Virus record (IMG/VR): IMGVR_UViG_3300005326_000059
Location: 1 to 50,341 of that record
Length of the DNA: 50,341 nt
Reading direction: 5' to 3' (one strand)
Source: a virus
Lineage: Duplodnaviria; Caudoviricetes
Shown piece by piece: positions 10,484 through 20,760 of the stretch. How positions within the stretch are numbered: position 1 is the stretch's first letter; every line of letters starts with the position of its first letter. The position numbers were made by a program, and so were the translations under genes. The notes beneath the pieces are model-generated. The model saw only the letters and a program-made list of their open reading frames with translations. It had not been told where the DNA came from and did no database searches.

Positions 10484-10949
10484 TATTAGTATAAAGGCGG
10501 CACTCTTTAACCTAGAAGACGCTATCAATTTAACACTATTGGATAGTATATCCAAGGCAGCACATAAGCTGTTGACAGAGATATTTGAAGATAGGCAATG
10601 GTCTGACGATACAGGGAACCTTAGAGATAGCTTTGGCTACGCTGTATTTAAAGATGGTGTTCAGGTTAAGAGAGACTACTTAGCGGCAGAGCAGGCTTCC
10701 AAGCCATATCAGCCACGAGGCAGGATGAGGTCGGTGGGAGTCTTACGCGGTAGGCAGCAAGTCGATGCGGCACTAGATGAATACCAACCAAGAAATTTTG
10801 ATTACGAAGTGGTTATTGTCGCAGGTATGTATTACGCTGTTATACTTGAATGGAAGGGTCTTTTAGCGGGGTTTATCAACGCCGAGACCGTAGCCAAGGG
10901 CGAGCTTGTTAGCGCAATAAGAACAACTAAGATTCCAAATAAACGATAG
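10476..10949 (+). CDS. Neck / tail-completion protein (HK97 gp10-like)
   Basis: DTGNLRDS and AGMYYAVILE motifs. Confidence 0.7.
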   Translation: MANISIKAALFNLEDAINLTLLDSISKAAHKLLTEIFEDRQWSDDTGNLRDSFGYAVFKDGVQVKRDYLAAEQASKPYQPRGRMRSVGVLRGRQQVDAALDEYQPRNFDYEVVIVAGMYYAVILEWKGLLAGFINAETVAKGELVSAIRTTKIPNKR

Positions 10950-10951
10950 AT

Positions 10952-11344
10952 ATGACACTAGCCGAGATACGCAGTGCTTTAGGCGAGAAGCTGAGGGGTA
11001 CTGTCACAGATAAAATCTTTTCCAACAATGCTCCTGAGGCTATGGATGCTGATATAAGCAATTACGCTGTTATAAGCACTCCTAGTAGATTCAGGGATAT
11101 GACCGACAGGATGAGCCGCTCTATTAAATCGGGTCTTCTTTTCATTGAGTGTTATGCTCGTGATAAGAGTACGGATATTGAGGACACGGCCAAGCTAGAC
11201 GAGATGGAGAAGAATGTTGAAACGGCATTGAGTTCTTTAAATGCCACAACAGACGGCTTTAGAGCCACATTCAGGGGCAGCTACGATGCTCCGCCTTCTG
11301 AGGGGTTTCATGGATTTGTAACAATTTTAGATATAATAACATAA
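10952..11344 (+). CDS. Tail terminator (putative)
   Basis: Position immediately before tail tube; size. Confidence 0.55.
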   Translation: MTLAEIRSALGEKLRGTVTDKIFSNNAPEAMDADISNYAVISTPSRFRDMTDRMSRSIKSGLLFIECYARDKSTDIEDTAKLDEMEKNVETALSSLNATTDGFRATFRGSYDAPPSEGFHGFVTILDIIT

Positions 11345-11347
11345 GAA

Positions 11348-11842
11348 ATGGCAAAAAATTACGCAATCGGTATTACCGATATAAAGTTTAAGTTAGAGGG
11401 TGCTCTTGCAGCTACTCCATTCTATACTTCGACTACGATTGGTGAGGTTGCAGAGAACTCTACTCAGTTTGTGCAAGAGGCTCCAACCGAAACCAAGTTT
11501 AAAGGAGACTACGGCGATGCAACGCTAATGACTCTCTTCCAAAATGGTGACATCTCTCTTGAGACGGACATCATTGAGGTTGATGGCGCCAAGATGGCTG
11601 TCCTTACGGGCGCTACTTGGACGAGTGGCACGAAAACGATGTCTTTCCCTACTAGCGCTCCTGTGATATACGGAGAGTGCATCCTTGAGTTTGACCAAGG
11701 GTTTGATAGTATCAAAATATTCCGAGGTCAAGTGGTTGCTTACATTAATGGTGCTAATGTGAAGACAGAGATGTTTAAGCTACACCTTAAAATAACGGCT
11801 ATCCCTGACACTGCTGGATATGTAGACATTGTGACTAAGTAA
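11348..11842 (+). CDS. Tail tube protein, short paralogue
   Basis: Synteny; near-identical to the next ORF outside that ORF's insertion. Confidence 0.72.
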   Translation: MAKNYAIGITDIKFKLEGALAATPFYTSTTIGEVAENSTQFVQEAPTETKFKGDYGDATLMTLFQNGDISLETDIIEVDGAKMAVLTGATWTSGTKTMSFPTSAPVIYGECILEFDQGFDSIKIFRGQVVAYINGANVKTEMFKLHLKITAIPDTAGYVDIVTK

Positions 11843-11848
11843 TTAATG

Positions 11849-11884
11849 AGGGGGTAGGTCTAAAAAACTATCCCCTTTAATTTT
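11849..11884 (+). terminator. Intrinsic terminator
   Basis: AGGGGGTAG/CTATCCCCT stem followed by T-rich tail. Confidence 0.6.
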
Positions 11885-11892
11885 AATAACAA

Positions 11893-12678
11893 ATGGCAAA
11901 AAATTACGCAATAGGCCTATCGGATATTCAAATCCTTATGGCCGACCCAATCGGTGTTACTACCGAGGTTGATACATTAAGTGTTACGGGGGCTGCTACG
12001 GGCTCAGGGAATATTACTATTAATCTTGGCGGCGTGGCATTCACTGTTGCTGTGGCTAGTGGTGATACTACTTCTGTTATAGGTGGAAAGATTCGTGCTG
12101 CTGCCTTTGCAGGATGGGTAGTGACTGGTACTACCTCAACAGCTATCTTTACCGCTCTTATTGGTGGGGCTAAAACGGCTCCTACCTTTGATGGTGGTAC
12201 TACGGGTGTTACCGCTACCTTCACCGTTACTAGGGCTGGTGTAGATAATCCTTTCGGCACGGCTCTTACTACTATTGGAGAAGTGGCTGAAAACTCTACT
12301 CAATTCGTACAAGAGGCTCCTACTGAGACTAAGTTCAAGGGCGATTACGGTGACGCAACGCTAATGACATTATTCCAGAATGGAGATATCTCTCTTGAGA
12401 CAGATATCATTGAAGTTAGCGGGGAAAAGATGGCGGCTCTCACGGGGGCTCTTTGGGTTCCATCTACTAAAACGCTTTCATTACCTACGAGTGCTCCTAT
12501 TCTGTTTGGCCAATGTGTGCTTACCTTTGACCAAGGTTTTGATAAAATCAAGATTTGGAGAGGTCAGGTAGTTGGTTATCTGACGGGAGCAAATGTTAAG
12601 ACAGAGATGTTTAAACTACACATCAAGGTTACTGCTGTTCCTGACACATCAGGATATGTTGATATAGTAACTAAGTAA
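11893..12678 (+). CDS. Tail tube protein, long paralogue with ~97-aa beta-rich insertion
   Basis: Shares MAKNYAIG and TTIGEVAENSTQFVQEAPTETKFKGDYGDATLMTLFQNGDISLETDIIEV...GYVDIVTK with the previous ORF. Confidence 0.72.
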   Translation: MAKNYAIGLSDIQILMADPIGVTTEVDTLSVTGAATGSGNITINLGGVAFTVAVASGDTTSVIGGKIRAAAFAGWVVTGTTSTAIFTALIGGAKTAPTFDGGTTGVTATFTVTRAGVDNPFGTALTTIGEVAENSTQFVQEAPTETKFKGDYGDATLMTLFQNGDISLETDIIEVSGEKMAALTGALWVPSTKTLSLPTSAPILFGQCVLTFDQGFDKIKIWRGQVVGYLTGANVKTEMFKLHIKVTAVPDTSGYVDIVTK

Positions 12679-12689
12679 TCACTTTAACG

Positions 12690-12715
12690 GGGTGGCGTAG
12701 CTGCCACCCTTTTTT
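12690..12715 (+). terminator. Intrinsic terminator
   Basis: GGGTGGC-N6-GCCACCC followed by T6. Confidence 0.75.
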
Positions 12716-12720
12716 ATATT

Positions 12721-13308
12721 ATGGCCAAGAAGAAGATTGTTTTAACCGAGGAGCAGCATCTGGCGAATAAGGCTAGGCTTGCAGAGATAGTATTAGACAC
12801 AAAGACCGAGGTGAAGGTAGGGGACAAGGTTTACAAAATAGGAGCGTTGACTTATTACGCTAAATGGCGCATTTCTGGCCTCATTACCGAGCTAGAGGTG
12901 AAGGATGGGAACATTGATACACTCATAAAGGCGATGGCCTTAAATATCCCTGTTTTGGCCGAAATACTAGCTATTGGTATATTGGTGCAGCGCAGACATA
13001 TCGATAGAGACCTTTTTGAGTATAGCGGGGAGTTGGATAGGGTTAAGAGTGCGCTCTTGGATAGCGTTGACGACCATAGTTGGGGAGAGCTGCTTTCTAC
13101 GATATTCAGCAAATTGGATACAGGCTTTTTTTTTGGACTTACGGAGATGGTAAAGGCTATAAATTCGATGAACGACAAGGCTGGATACCGCAAAGAACTG
13201 GAAAAGATGAAGAACAAGGAGGACGATGGATATCAGCCAATACAGAGTTTGGTGAAGTCACAAGCATCATTGCCGACCTCGGTGGAGCCTATTCCTACAA
13301 AGAAATAA
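12721..13308 (+). CDS. Tail assembly chaperone (gpG-like)
   Basis: Between tail tube and tape measure; overlapped by a -1 frame ORF. Confidence 0.65.
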   Translation: MAKKKIVLTEEQHLANKARLAEIVLDTKTEVKVGDKVYKIGALTYYAKWRISGLITELEVKDGNIDTLIKAMALNIPVLAEILAIGILVQRRHIDRDLFEYSGELDRVKSALLDSVDDHSWGELLSTIFSKLDTGFFFGLTEMVKAINSMNDKAGYRKELEKMKNKEDDGYQPIQSLVKSQASLPTSVEPIPTKK

Positions 13309-13433
13309 CTGAGGTTTTCACTATCCCTCAGGTACAGGTTATGCTCAAAGACCGTGCTCACATGGAGTATGGGGAGCAGCCTAAACAAATAAATAGTGCG
13401 CAGGACTTTATGAATGTAATGATGAAAAAATAA
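13080..13433 (+). CDS. Tail assembly chaperone frameshift extension (gpT-like); true start probably via -1 frameshift
   Basis: -1 frame relative to 12721; stop abuts the tape measure ATG. Confidence 0.55.
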   Translation: MGRAAFYDIQQIGYRLFFWTYGDGKGYKFDERQGWIPQRTGKDEEQGGRWISANTEFGEVTSIIADLGGAYSYKEITEVFTIPQVQVMLKDRAHMEYGEQPKQINSAQDFMNVMMKK

Positions 13434-16400
13434 TGGCACAAAATGTAGGTAATTTAAGTTTTGCATTAGGGCTAGACCTGAATCCTTTGAAGCAGTCAAT
13501 GACTGAGGCCGATGCCATGCTCAATAGGCTAAAGGATAATTTTGCCAAGGTAGGCGGTGTCACTGATAATAGATATGGTGCTGCTGTCGGCGGCATGGCG
13601 GGCAAGAACCAATTAACACAAGATTATAAAAGTAGTATCTCAAGTCTGAAAACGGCTTGGGATTCTATTGATTGGAATAAACCCAAAGAGGCTCAGGCTG
13701 CGGTCTTTGGTATAGCTACGGCTTATAGAGATGTACAGAAGAATATAGGCGATGCGGGGCTGACACTAGAGCAGTTTACCCGTAAGCAGGATAAGTCTAT
13801 GGCTGAGATTAAAAAGAAGGCCGACAAAGAGGAACAGGATAGGTTTAAAAATAAGCTTTTTTGGTTAGACAAGAAGGCGATGGAAGAGAAGCGTGTCTTG
13901 GAAAACGAGATAAGGGAAGCAGAGAAAGCCGACCAACGCAAGTTTGCCTTTAGGAAGAGGATGCTCGACTTAAGGGCGCGTGAAGAGGCCAAGGCTCCAC
14001 TCTCTATCGACGACGCTATGGCCATGCCTGATAAGACGATTGTTGACAGGACTGAAAAGCTCAAACAACTAAATAGGGTTAGAGATAACCTTAGTAAGTC
14101 TGACTTAAACTATGATAGTACACTGCGCAGGCTTAACAGCTCTATGCAGTCTCTCAATAGGGAGAATCAGAAGGCAATAACCACAGGCATACAACTAACA
14201 AACCAAGCCGATAAACTAAATACGGCGTGGGGATGGGCGATGCGTAAGGCTGCTCTTTACTTCTCTGTTGGAATGATAAATAACTTCCTGACTAAATTGA
14301 AAGATGTTAGGGGTGAATTTGAGCTACAACAGAAATCTTTAGCGGCTATTATACAAAATAAAGAGGCCGCAGATAAAATATTTGCTCAGACAGTACAGTT
14401 AGCTCTTATGTCTCCATTCAGGTTGAAGGAGTTGGTTGGTTTCACGAGAGAGTTATCGGCATACCGTATTGAAACAGAAAAGCTATTTGATACAACTAAG
14501 ATGTTAGCAGATATCTCTGCGGGTCTTGGAGTGGATATGGGAAGGCTGATTTTGGCCTATGGCCAAGTGCGAAGTGCCTCAGTATTAAGGGGTCAGGAAC
14601 TCCGACAATTCACGGAAGCGGGCATCCCTATCATAGCCGAGCTTGCTAACGAATTTGGTAAGCTGGAGAATCGTGTCGTAAAGACAGGCGAGGTCTTTGA
14701 GAAAATATCGCGTAGGGAGGTTCCTTTTGCGATGGTGGATAAGATATTCAAAAAAATGACCTCAGAGGGTGGTACATTCTTTGAAATGCAGGCTATACAA
14801 GCTGAGACACTAAAGGGTAAGTGGTCTAACTTGCTTGACGCTTATGATGTTATGTTAAATAACATTGGTAAAAACAACGAGGATTCCATTAAGGCTGGTG
14901 TCGAAGGTGCTCGTGCTCTTACCGAAAACTATCGTGCCGTTATATTTACCATGAAGGTTGTTATCGCTGCGAGCGTGTCTCTTAAAACGGCTATGTGGGC
15001 GGTAAATCTAGCCACACAAAAATATAGTGCGTCAATGGTTGTCGGCACGGGAGCTCTAAAGAAGTTTGCAGGAGAGCAATATGGCGCCATTATGGCGGCT
15101 AAGGCAGGGCAAGGGATATTCACGGGGATGAGTAAAAGCATGACGCTTTTTACTAAGGCCACTGTGGCTGCTAGCGCGGCAGCAACGGCGCTGAAAGCTG
15201 TTCTTATATCTACGGGTATTATGGTGGTAGTGAGTGGCGTAACTGCATTAGTGGCGTCTTGGGTGAACTCTATCGAAAAGGCTAAGGAGTTTGCTAAGGG
15301 GATAGATGAGCAAAATATGGCATTACTTTCTAATGGTGAGAAGGTTAATAAGCATATAGACGAGTTAAAGGCTCTTACTCAAAACACGGATGAGAATATA
15401 GATGTAAATAAGAGGAGATTAGAGATTTTAGAAGAGCTACGCAAGGCTGATGGGCGTGTTGCAGACCAAGTATCCGACTCTGTCGATAACATGAAAAGGC
15501 TTACTGAGGTTCAGGGAGAGTATAACCGAGCGCAAGAATTTCAGCTGTTTCTTAATAACCAAGTATTGAAAAGTGCCGATGGGACTAGCGAGAGCGTTAT
15601 CAACGGTCTGAATAAACTCAGAAACGCGCAGCTCAAACAAAAGGCCGCTATACTTGATGTCAACAATGCTTGGAGTGCCAATAAAAAATATATGGAAGAG
15701 ATTGTCTCTACGGGTAAATACCTAGGAGAGAATGTTTCTAAATCCATAGTTGACGGCATGAAAAAAGTTCTTGCTTCAAGTGGAGACTCTAAGAGTAAGT
15801 TGCTGTCTAGTGATTACTTCCTAGGTCAGCTAGGCATCCCTAAAAAGACCGATAGGGTTGAGGCTCTTACTGAGGCTAATAAGGATGTCGAAGACGCACT
15901 AGAAGAAGCTAGAAGACAGCACGGCAGGTATATCGACGACCTAGCGAATTATGTAGCTGATAAGTATCCTGAGATAATTGGTGGAAACATTGATGATAAG
16001 CAGGTAAATGAGTCTGTTAAAGAGGTTACTCGTATTCTCGATGAGGCTTTTGGTGATAAGAAATACACTGTCGAGATACTTACGCAATGGAAAGTGCCTC
16101 AGTGGAGAGCTATACCGACCGAGATGGAGGGTTGGCGTGCTAAGTTCCAATCAATAGCAGGCGCCGATAAGCCGTCTGTATCTAAATTAGTCGGTAACGA
16201 GGAGATGGTTTTGTTAGACGCCCTTGAGGATATACAAAAGTCTTATGCTGACATCAATACGGAGTTAGAGAAAGAGGCTAAGCTAAAAGGCAAAGAAGGT
16301 GCTGCTTCAAGTGCATACATAAAATCCAAAGAGGCTGAGCGTGACGCCCTGCTTTCTATATTGAAGTATTACAACCAAGACCCAAGTAAGGAGGAGACTA

Positions 16401-18847
16401 AAAAACAGAATAAGGATGCTAAGACTAGGGTTGAGCTTCTTCAAGAGCAAGCAGAGATGTATAAACAGGCTTCCGAGGCTTATAAGAAGTATCTAACCTA
16501 TATGGACGCTGAGGCGGCTAAAGCTAGAGTTCTAAATGACTTTAAAGACAAGAAAGGCTTTACTCTTGATGCCGTTACTTCTCAGGCTAGTTTAGCTAGC
16601 TCTATATCTAATGTAATCAGGACATTGCGTAATATGAATACGGATGTTGCTCAAGATGCTGCTGATAAACTAGAGAACGAATTGCGCTCATCAAGTATTG
16701 AGTTCGAGGTCAAGGCCTCTGCTGAATCAAAAGAGAGACTGATAAGAGACTTAAAGAACTCTCTTGAGGACTTTAATCTAAGGGTTGAGCTAGAAGGGCT
16801 TACGGGTATCAGTGGTCTTGTCGACATGACGGCAATGCCTGATGCTACGGAGATGATGAATAAATACACCTCCGCCATATCTGAACTCAAGAGAAGAGGT
16901 GGAGAAGAGGATATGAAACAAGCCAAGGAGCTTGAGGAAGAGTTCAATAAGTGGCTTATAGGTCGTAAGACCAATGCCTTGAAGGAGATATCTCAGTTAG
17001 TAGAACAAAACTCTACTAGAGAGCAGAAGATGGACGCCATACGAGCTAAGGTTGCGCTTGAAGAGCAAAAGGTAAATATCCTAAATAATATCGAGGCAAC
17101 GGGCTTAGTTGTGCTGACTGAGCAGCAGAAGATAGATAGGACGCTTTCTAATGCTAGAATTAACTCGTGGCAGACGGAGCTGGTAAGTTTGGAGGAGATG
17201 GCTCTCAAGGCAACAGGTGTCTTTCAACAGCTATTTGGAGACATCGGAGACCTTACCATGACTGAGCTAAAGGTCTTGGTTCAAAGAGCAAAAGACATTA
17301 CCTCTGATGCCGTTATTGATGGCGAGAAGGTTAAGGTTAAATTCACTGAGTTAGATGGCTCTATTGTTGAAACAACCATCACTCTTGAAAACTACTTATC
17401 TGTGCTCAATAAGACGGCTGACATAGAGCGTGATATAGCCAAGAGCCAACCATTTAAACAGGCAGAAGTGTTCTTTAAGAAGGGCGGTGATTATGCTAAA
17501 AACGCCGCCAATGGTCGTAAAGAGCTCAGGGGGATGAAGCAAGAGTTAGAGGGGTTAGCAAAGGGTTCTGCTGCTTACGATGCTATGCTTAAAAAGATAA
17601 ATGAGAAGGCGGAGGACATTAGGGTAAATAATGAAAAATCAGGAGAATCATATACTAAAGCTGTTGAGCTGACTGCAAACGGTCTTCGGTCTATGAGCAA
17701 TTTCGTCGGCATGATTGGTGAGGTTATGCAATCTCTAGGTGCTTCTGAGGAAGTTGTCAATAACATCAAAGACATCCAAATGGGGCTTACCGTAGTTATT
17801 AGTTTGTTAGAGCTTGTTGCTGCAACTATGGCAATAGTGCAGGCATCCTCAGGTGTTATCGGCTGGATTTCTTTGGCTATTGCTGCCATCGCAGGCGCTA
17901 TTGTGTCTTTGGTGAATCAACAGAAGAGAGCTATTGACCGAATGATTAAAGAGCAAGAGGTGCAGCTAGAGCGTCTCACTAGAAAATACGACCAATTTGC
18001 TAAGGAGCGAGATAAGGCAGCTTCATCTAGGACTCTTCGCCAATACACTAGTGAGATGGTTTCTAACCTGAAATATCAGGAATATGCTATCTCTCGAATG
18101 ATTATGGCGGAGCGTAGTAGGCGGAACCAAGACGAAGAGGCATTGAGAGACCTAACAAATCAGTTAGAAGATGTGAGAATCAAGCAAAAAGAAGTGTTTG
18201 ACGACTACATTGAGGAGCTGAGAGGAACCAACCTTAAGTCTGCTTCCGAGGAGTTTGCCGATACTTGGATTGAGGCGTTTCTACAAGGCGAGAATGCTAT
18301 GGATGCCTTCCAAACTAAGTTCTCCGAGATGATACAGACTATGTTGGTTAAGCAGGCAGCTCTTAGAGTAATGGGAAATATCCTAGAGCCGTTTTTCCAA
18401 TCTATCGACAATGCTCTTGGTGATGATGGGGAGTTATCGCAGACTGAACTCAGTCGTATCATGGGTGAGATTCCTGCATACATAAAGATGTTGGAGAGTA
18501 CATCAAAAGCCATATTAGAGCCATTGATGGAGACTGTCGGACTTACGGCAGGTAGTCAAGCTCAGGCGGCTAGCGGCTTACAGGCAGGTATTGAGGCGAT
18601 ACAGGAGGACACTGCTCAACAGCTCGTAGCTCTTCTTAACACGATGAGATACCAAATGTATGCAAGTGCGGAGCGCTCAATAGAGATGTCTGAGAATGTC
18701 GATTTGATGGCTAGAAATAGTGTAGAGATGCTTATAGTACAGGGCGAGATACGAAACCTGATAAAGCAGATGAGGGAGTGGCAAGACTCCATAACATCAA
18801 TAGGACATAACAAGGGTGGAAAAGGTTTAAAAGTTTTTAGCGACTAA
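13433..18847 (+). CDS. Tail tape measure protein
   Basis: 1804 aa helical protein with the tape-measure domain motif LAYGQVRSASVLRGQELRQFTEAGIP. Confidence 0.93.
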   Translation: MAQNVGNLSFALGLDLNPLKQSMTEADAMLNRLKDNFAKVGGVTDNRYGAAVGGMAGKNQLTQDYKSSISSLKTAWDSIDWNKPKEAQAAVFGIATAYRDVQKNIGDAGLTLEQFTRKQDKSMAEIKKKADKEEQDRFKNKLFWLDKKAMEEKRVLENEIREAEKADQRKFAFRKRMLDLRAREEAKAPLSIDDAMAMPDKTIVDRTEKLKQLNRVRDNLSKSDLNYDSTLRRLNSSMQSLNRENQKAITTGIQLTNQADKLNTAWGWAMRKAALYFSVGMINNFLTKLKDVRGEFELQQKSLAAIIQNKEAADKIFAQTVQLALMSPFRLKELVGFTRELSAYRIETEKLFDTTKMLADISAGLGVDMGRLILAYGQVRSASVLRGQELRQFTEAGIPIIAELANEFGKLENRVVKTGEVFEKISRREVPFAMVDKIFKKMTSEGGTFFEMQAIQAETLKGKWSNLLDAYDVMLNNIGKNNEDSIKAGVEGARALTENYRAVIFTMKVVIAASVSLKTAMWAVNLATQKYSASMVVGTGALKKFAGEQYGAIMAAKAGQGIFTGMSKSMTLFTKATVAASAAATALKAVLISTGIMVVVSGVTALVASWVNSIEKAKEFAKGIDEQNMALLSNGEKVNKHIDELKALTQNTDENIDVNKRRLEILEELRKADGRVADQVSDSVDNMKRLTEVQGEYNRAQEFQLFLNNQVLKSADGTSESVINGLNKLRNAQLKQKAAILDVNNAWSANKKYMEEIVSTGKYLGENVSKSIVDGMKKVLASSGDSKSKLLSSDYFLGQLGIPKKTDRVEALTEANKDVEDALEEARRQHGRYIDDLANYVADKYPEIIGGNIDDKQVNESVKEVTRILDEAFGDKKYTVEILTQWKVPQWRAIPTEMEGWRAKFQSIAGADKPSVSKLVGNEEMVLLDALEDIQKSYADINTELEKEAKLKGKEGAASSAYIKSKEAERDALLSILKYYNQDPSKEETKKQNKDAKTRVELLQEQAEMYKQASEAYKKYLTYMDAEAAKARVLNDFKDKKGFTLDAVTSQASLASSISNVIRTLRNMNTDVAQDAADKLENELRSSSIEFEVKASAESKERLIRDLKNSLEDFNLRVELEGLTGISGLVDMTAMPDATEMMNKYTSAISELKRRGGEEDMKQAKELEEEFNKWLIGRKTNALKEISQLVEQNSTREQKMDAIRAKVALEEQKVNILNNIEATGLVVLTEQQKIDRTLSNARINSWQTELVSLEEMALKATGVFQQLFGDIGDLTMTELKVLVQRAKDITSDAVIDGEKVKVKFTELDGSIVETTITLENYLSVLNKTADIERDIAKSQPFKQAEVFFKKGGDYAKNAANGRKELRGMKQELEGLAKGSAAYDAMLKKINEKAEDIRVNNEKSGESYTKAVELTANGLRSMSNFVGMIGEVMQSLGASEEVVNNIKDIQMGLTVVISLLELVAATMAIVQASSGVIGWISLAIAAIAGAIVSLVNQQKRAIDRMIKEQEVQLERLTRKYDQFAKERDKAASSRTLRQYTSEMVSNLKYQEYAISRMIMAERSRRNQDEEALRDLTNQLEDVRIKQKEVFDDYIEELRGTNLKSASEEFADTWIEAFLQGENAMDAFQTKFSEMIQTMLVKQAALRVMGNILEPFFQSIDNALGDDGELSQTELSRIMGEIPAYIKMLESTSKAILEPLMETVGLTAGSQAQAASGLQAGIEAIQEDTAQQLVALLNTMRYQMYASAERSIEMSENVDLMARNSVEMLIVQGEIRNLIKQMREWQDSITSIGHNKGGKGLKVFSD

Positions 18848-19287
18848 TGGAAGATAATAGTTTAAGCTGTATCCTCTCAAGCGAGGGAATAAGCAATATG
18901 ATAAGAAAACATGAGGGAGATAATATGGTCTCCCTCTTTAAAGAACAAGAGGGCAAGGTGGTAGCCCTAGATGGCAACTATAAAGGCCTTCATGGCATAT
19001 TTTACAACTTCGACGGGAGCCGTCAGGTTCCATCGGGAGTACAATATGTGTATATCAATAACACCAATGGCGAGCTCATATTCCCAATGGGTGTATACTA
19101 TATCGCTATCGAGCATAGTGATGTGCAGATACATGTTCCTAGCGACTCCCTAGTTATGCTTTACACATACTCTGATAGCAAGGTAGAGCTTATCTCTAGT
19201 GGCAAAAATAATAGAATATCTATTTGCGGTGCAGGAGAGGTAGTATTGAATATGGAAGAGGAATTAAATAATATCAAAGTACGATGA
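18847..19287 (+). CDS. Hypothetical protein
   Basis: ORF coupled to tape measure stop. Confidence 0.6.
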   Translation: MEDNSLSCILSSEGISNMIRKHEGDNMVSLFKEQEGKVVALDGNYKGLHGIFYNFDGSRQVPSGVQYVYINNTNGELIFPMGVYYIAIEHSDVQIHVPSDSLVMLYTYSDSKVELISSGKNNRISICGAGEVVLNMEEELNNIKVR

Positions 19288-19694
19288 AAATAAAGAAACT
19301 AGCTGACTCGGTTTATAAGGACTTCCTGACCGACTATAAGACGACGATATACAATTCGGTAGGCTTTGGTGAGGAAACTCCTAAGCCGTATTATGCTTAT
19401 GATTGGATTGAGGAGCATGGGCTAGATGTGTCTGTTCCGACATCCCGTAAGCTATCGTCTACCGACATTGAGATGAAGGGATTTATTGTTTCTAATACAG
19501 TGCAGACAGACATTGATACCCTTACGACATATCTACTTGGAGGCGGTATCATGGTACTGTACGACGACATCAGAAACATTAAGTATAATGTGGTTTATGA
19601 GGGTCTTAAACGGGACTTAGAGGCTTTCCGTAGCGGTAAGTCGCTAGTGGCCTTCACCCTTAAATTTAAAAATATATCAGGAGTGAAAGTATGA
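19284..19694 (+). CDS. Distal tail (Dit-like) protein (putative)
   Basis: DWIEEHGLDV motif and C-terminal FTLKF strand; follows tape measure. Confidence 0.5.
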   Translation: MKIKKLADSVYKDFLTDYKTTIYNSVGFGEETPKPYYAYDWIEEHGLDVSVPTSRKLSSTDIEMKGFIVSNTVQTDIDTLTTYLLGGGIMVLYDDIRNIKYNVVYEGLKRDLEAFRSGKSLVAFTLKFKNISGVKV

Positions 19695-20281
19695 GGAAGT
19701 ATTTATTTATAGCAATCTTAGTATGCTTGGGCGTTATCTTCGTTTTAGGTAATGCCTTAAAGTCTAAGAATACGGAGATTCATAGGTTGGACTCAAACCA
19801 GTCGGCACTTATGAATGACATTGAGGTTTATAAGACCAAAACAGGAGAGCTTGTCTACAAGGTAGAGACACTTACCCTCACCAACGCCGAGCTGCGTAGA
19901 TATAGGGCTGCCTTGGTTAAGCAAGTTGAATCTATGGGGCTAAAGATAAAGAGACTAGAGAGCATTACTAGTGTAAACTCCTCAACTGCCGATACTGTCA
20001 AAGTGAAGGTCAGGGATACTCTTTATCTCAATATGCCTGCCAAGACATTTTTGTATAATGACCCGTGGACTAGTATTAGTGGGATTATCTATAAAGACAC
20101 AGCGGAAGTATCGTATAAGACGAGCGACAGTCTACTGATAGTTAAGGGGGTGACTTACAAAAAGTTTATATTCCGCTCTCCGATATGGGGAGTTAAGAGC
20201 ATAGATGTAAATGTAACCAACAGTAACCCACATAATAAAATTTCATCAATAGAGCAAATAGATTTGGAACGAAGGCGATAA
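19691..20281 (+). CDS. Membrane-anchored coiled-coil protein (possible spanin-like lysis protein)
   Basis: N-terminal TM helix, coiled coil, beta-rich C-terminus. Confidence 0.45.
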   Translation: MRKYLFIAILVCLGVIFVLGNALKSKNTEIHRLDSNQSALMNDIEVYKTKTGELVYKVETLTLTNAELRRYRAALVKQVESMGLKIKRLESITSVNSSTADTVKVKVRDTLYLNMPAKTFLYNDPWTSISGIIYKDTAEVSYKTSDSLLIVKGVTYKKFIFRSPIWGVKSIDVNVTNSNPHNKISSIEQIDLERRR

Positions 20282-20294
20282 ATGACTATCTTTG
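20263..20294 (+). promoter_or_regulatory. Bacteroidota-type promoter
   Basis: TTTG (20263)-N20-TATCTTTG (20287). Confidence 0.65.
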
Positions 20295-20313
20295 CACAAA
20301 TAAATATTTTAAC

Positions 20314-20760
20314 ATGGAAGATACAAAAGCTAAGTGTATAGACTTCTTACAGGCTCACGATTGGGAGCTGTGGGATGGTGAAACGAGTTTTAGTCGTGGG
20401 TACGCCAAGGCTCGTAGGGCAGGTGGCTCAAGCTATGTGGTTGTAAAACGCATAGAAGGCCGTATAATGGTCGTTAAGGACTTTGAACCAAGCAAGGGTG
20501 CTATCTCGGGATTTGATGAGGTGTATTGCTCTGAAAAGCGTCAAAAAACGGCAGAAGAGGAGAGCTTCGACTTAAAGGCTCTGCGTGGCGACAGCACACT
20601 ACTAGACCATCCCGTTGATGAGACGAAGCCTTTTGATGTGAATGACCTTAAGACTATCCCTGAATGTAGGGCGTATCTAAAGAGCATGGGTCTCAGTAAC
20701 ATGGCTAAGGGCAACAAAAGCTATGAGCAGTTAATGAAAATCATAAAAGATAATCTATAA
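20314..20760 (+). CDS. Hypothetical protein
   Basis: ORF track; preceded by a promoter. Confidence 0.7.
   Translation: MEDTKAKCIDFLQAHDWELWDGETSFSRGYAKARRAGGSSYVVVKRIEGRIMVVKDFEPSKGAISGFDEVYCSEKRQKTAEEESFDLKALRGDSTLLDHPVDETKPFDVNDLKTIPECRAYLKSMGLSNMAKGNKSYEQLMKIIKDNL

Noticed and set aside
2002-19579. Short antisense and alternate-frame ORFs in the track overlapping structural genes
   Set aside because: Shadows of long, motif-bearing genes, with no independent support.
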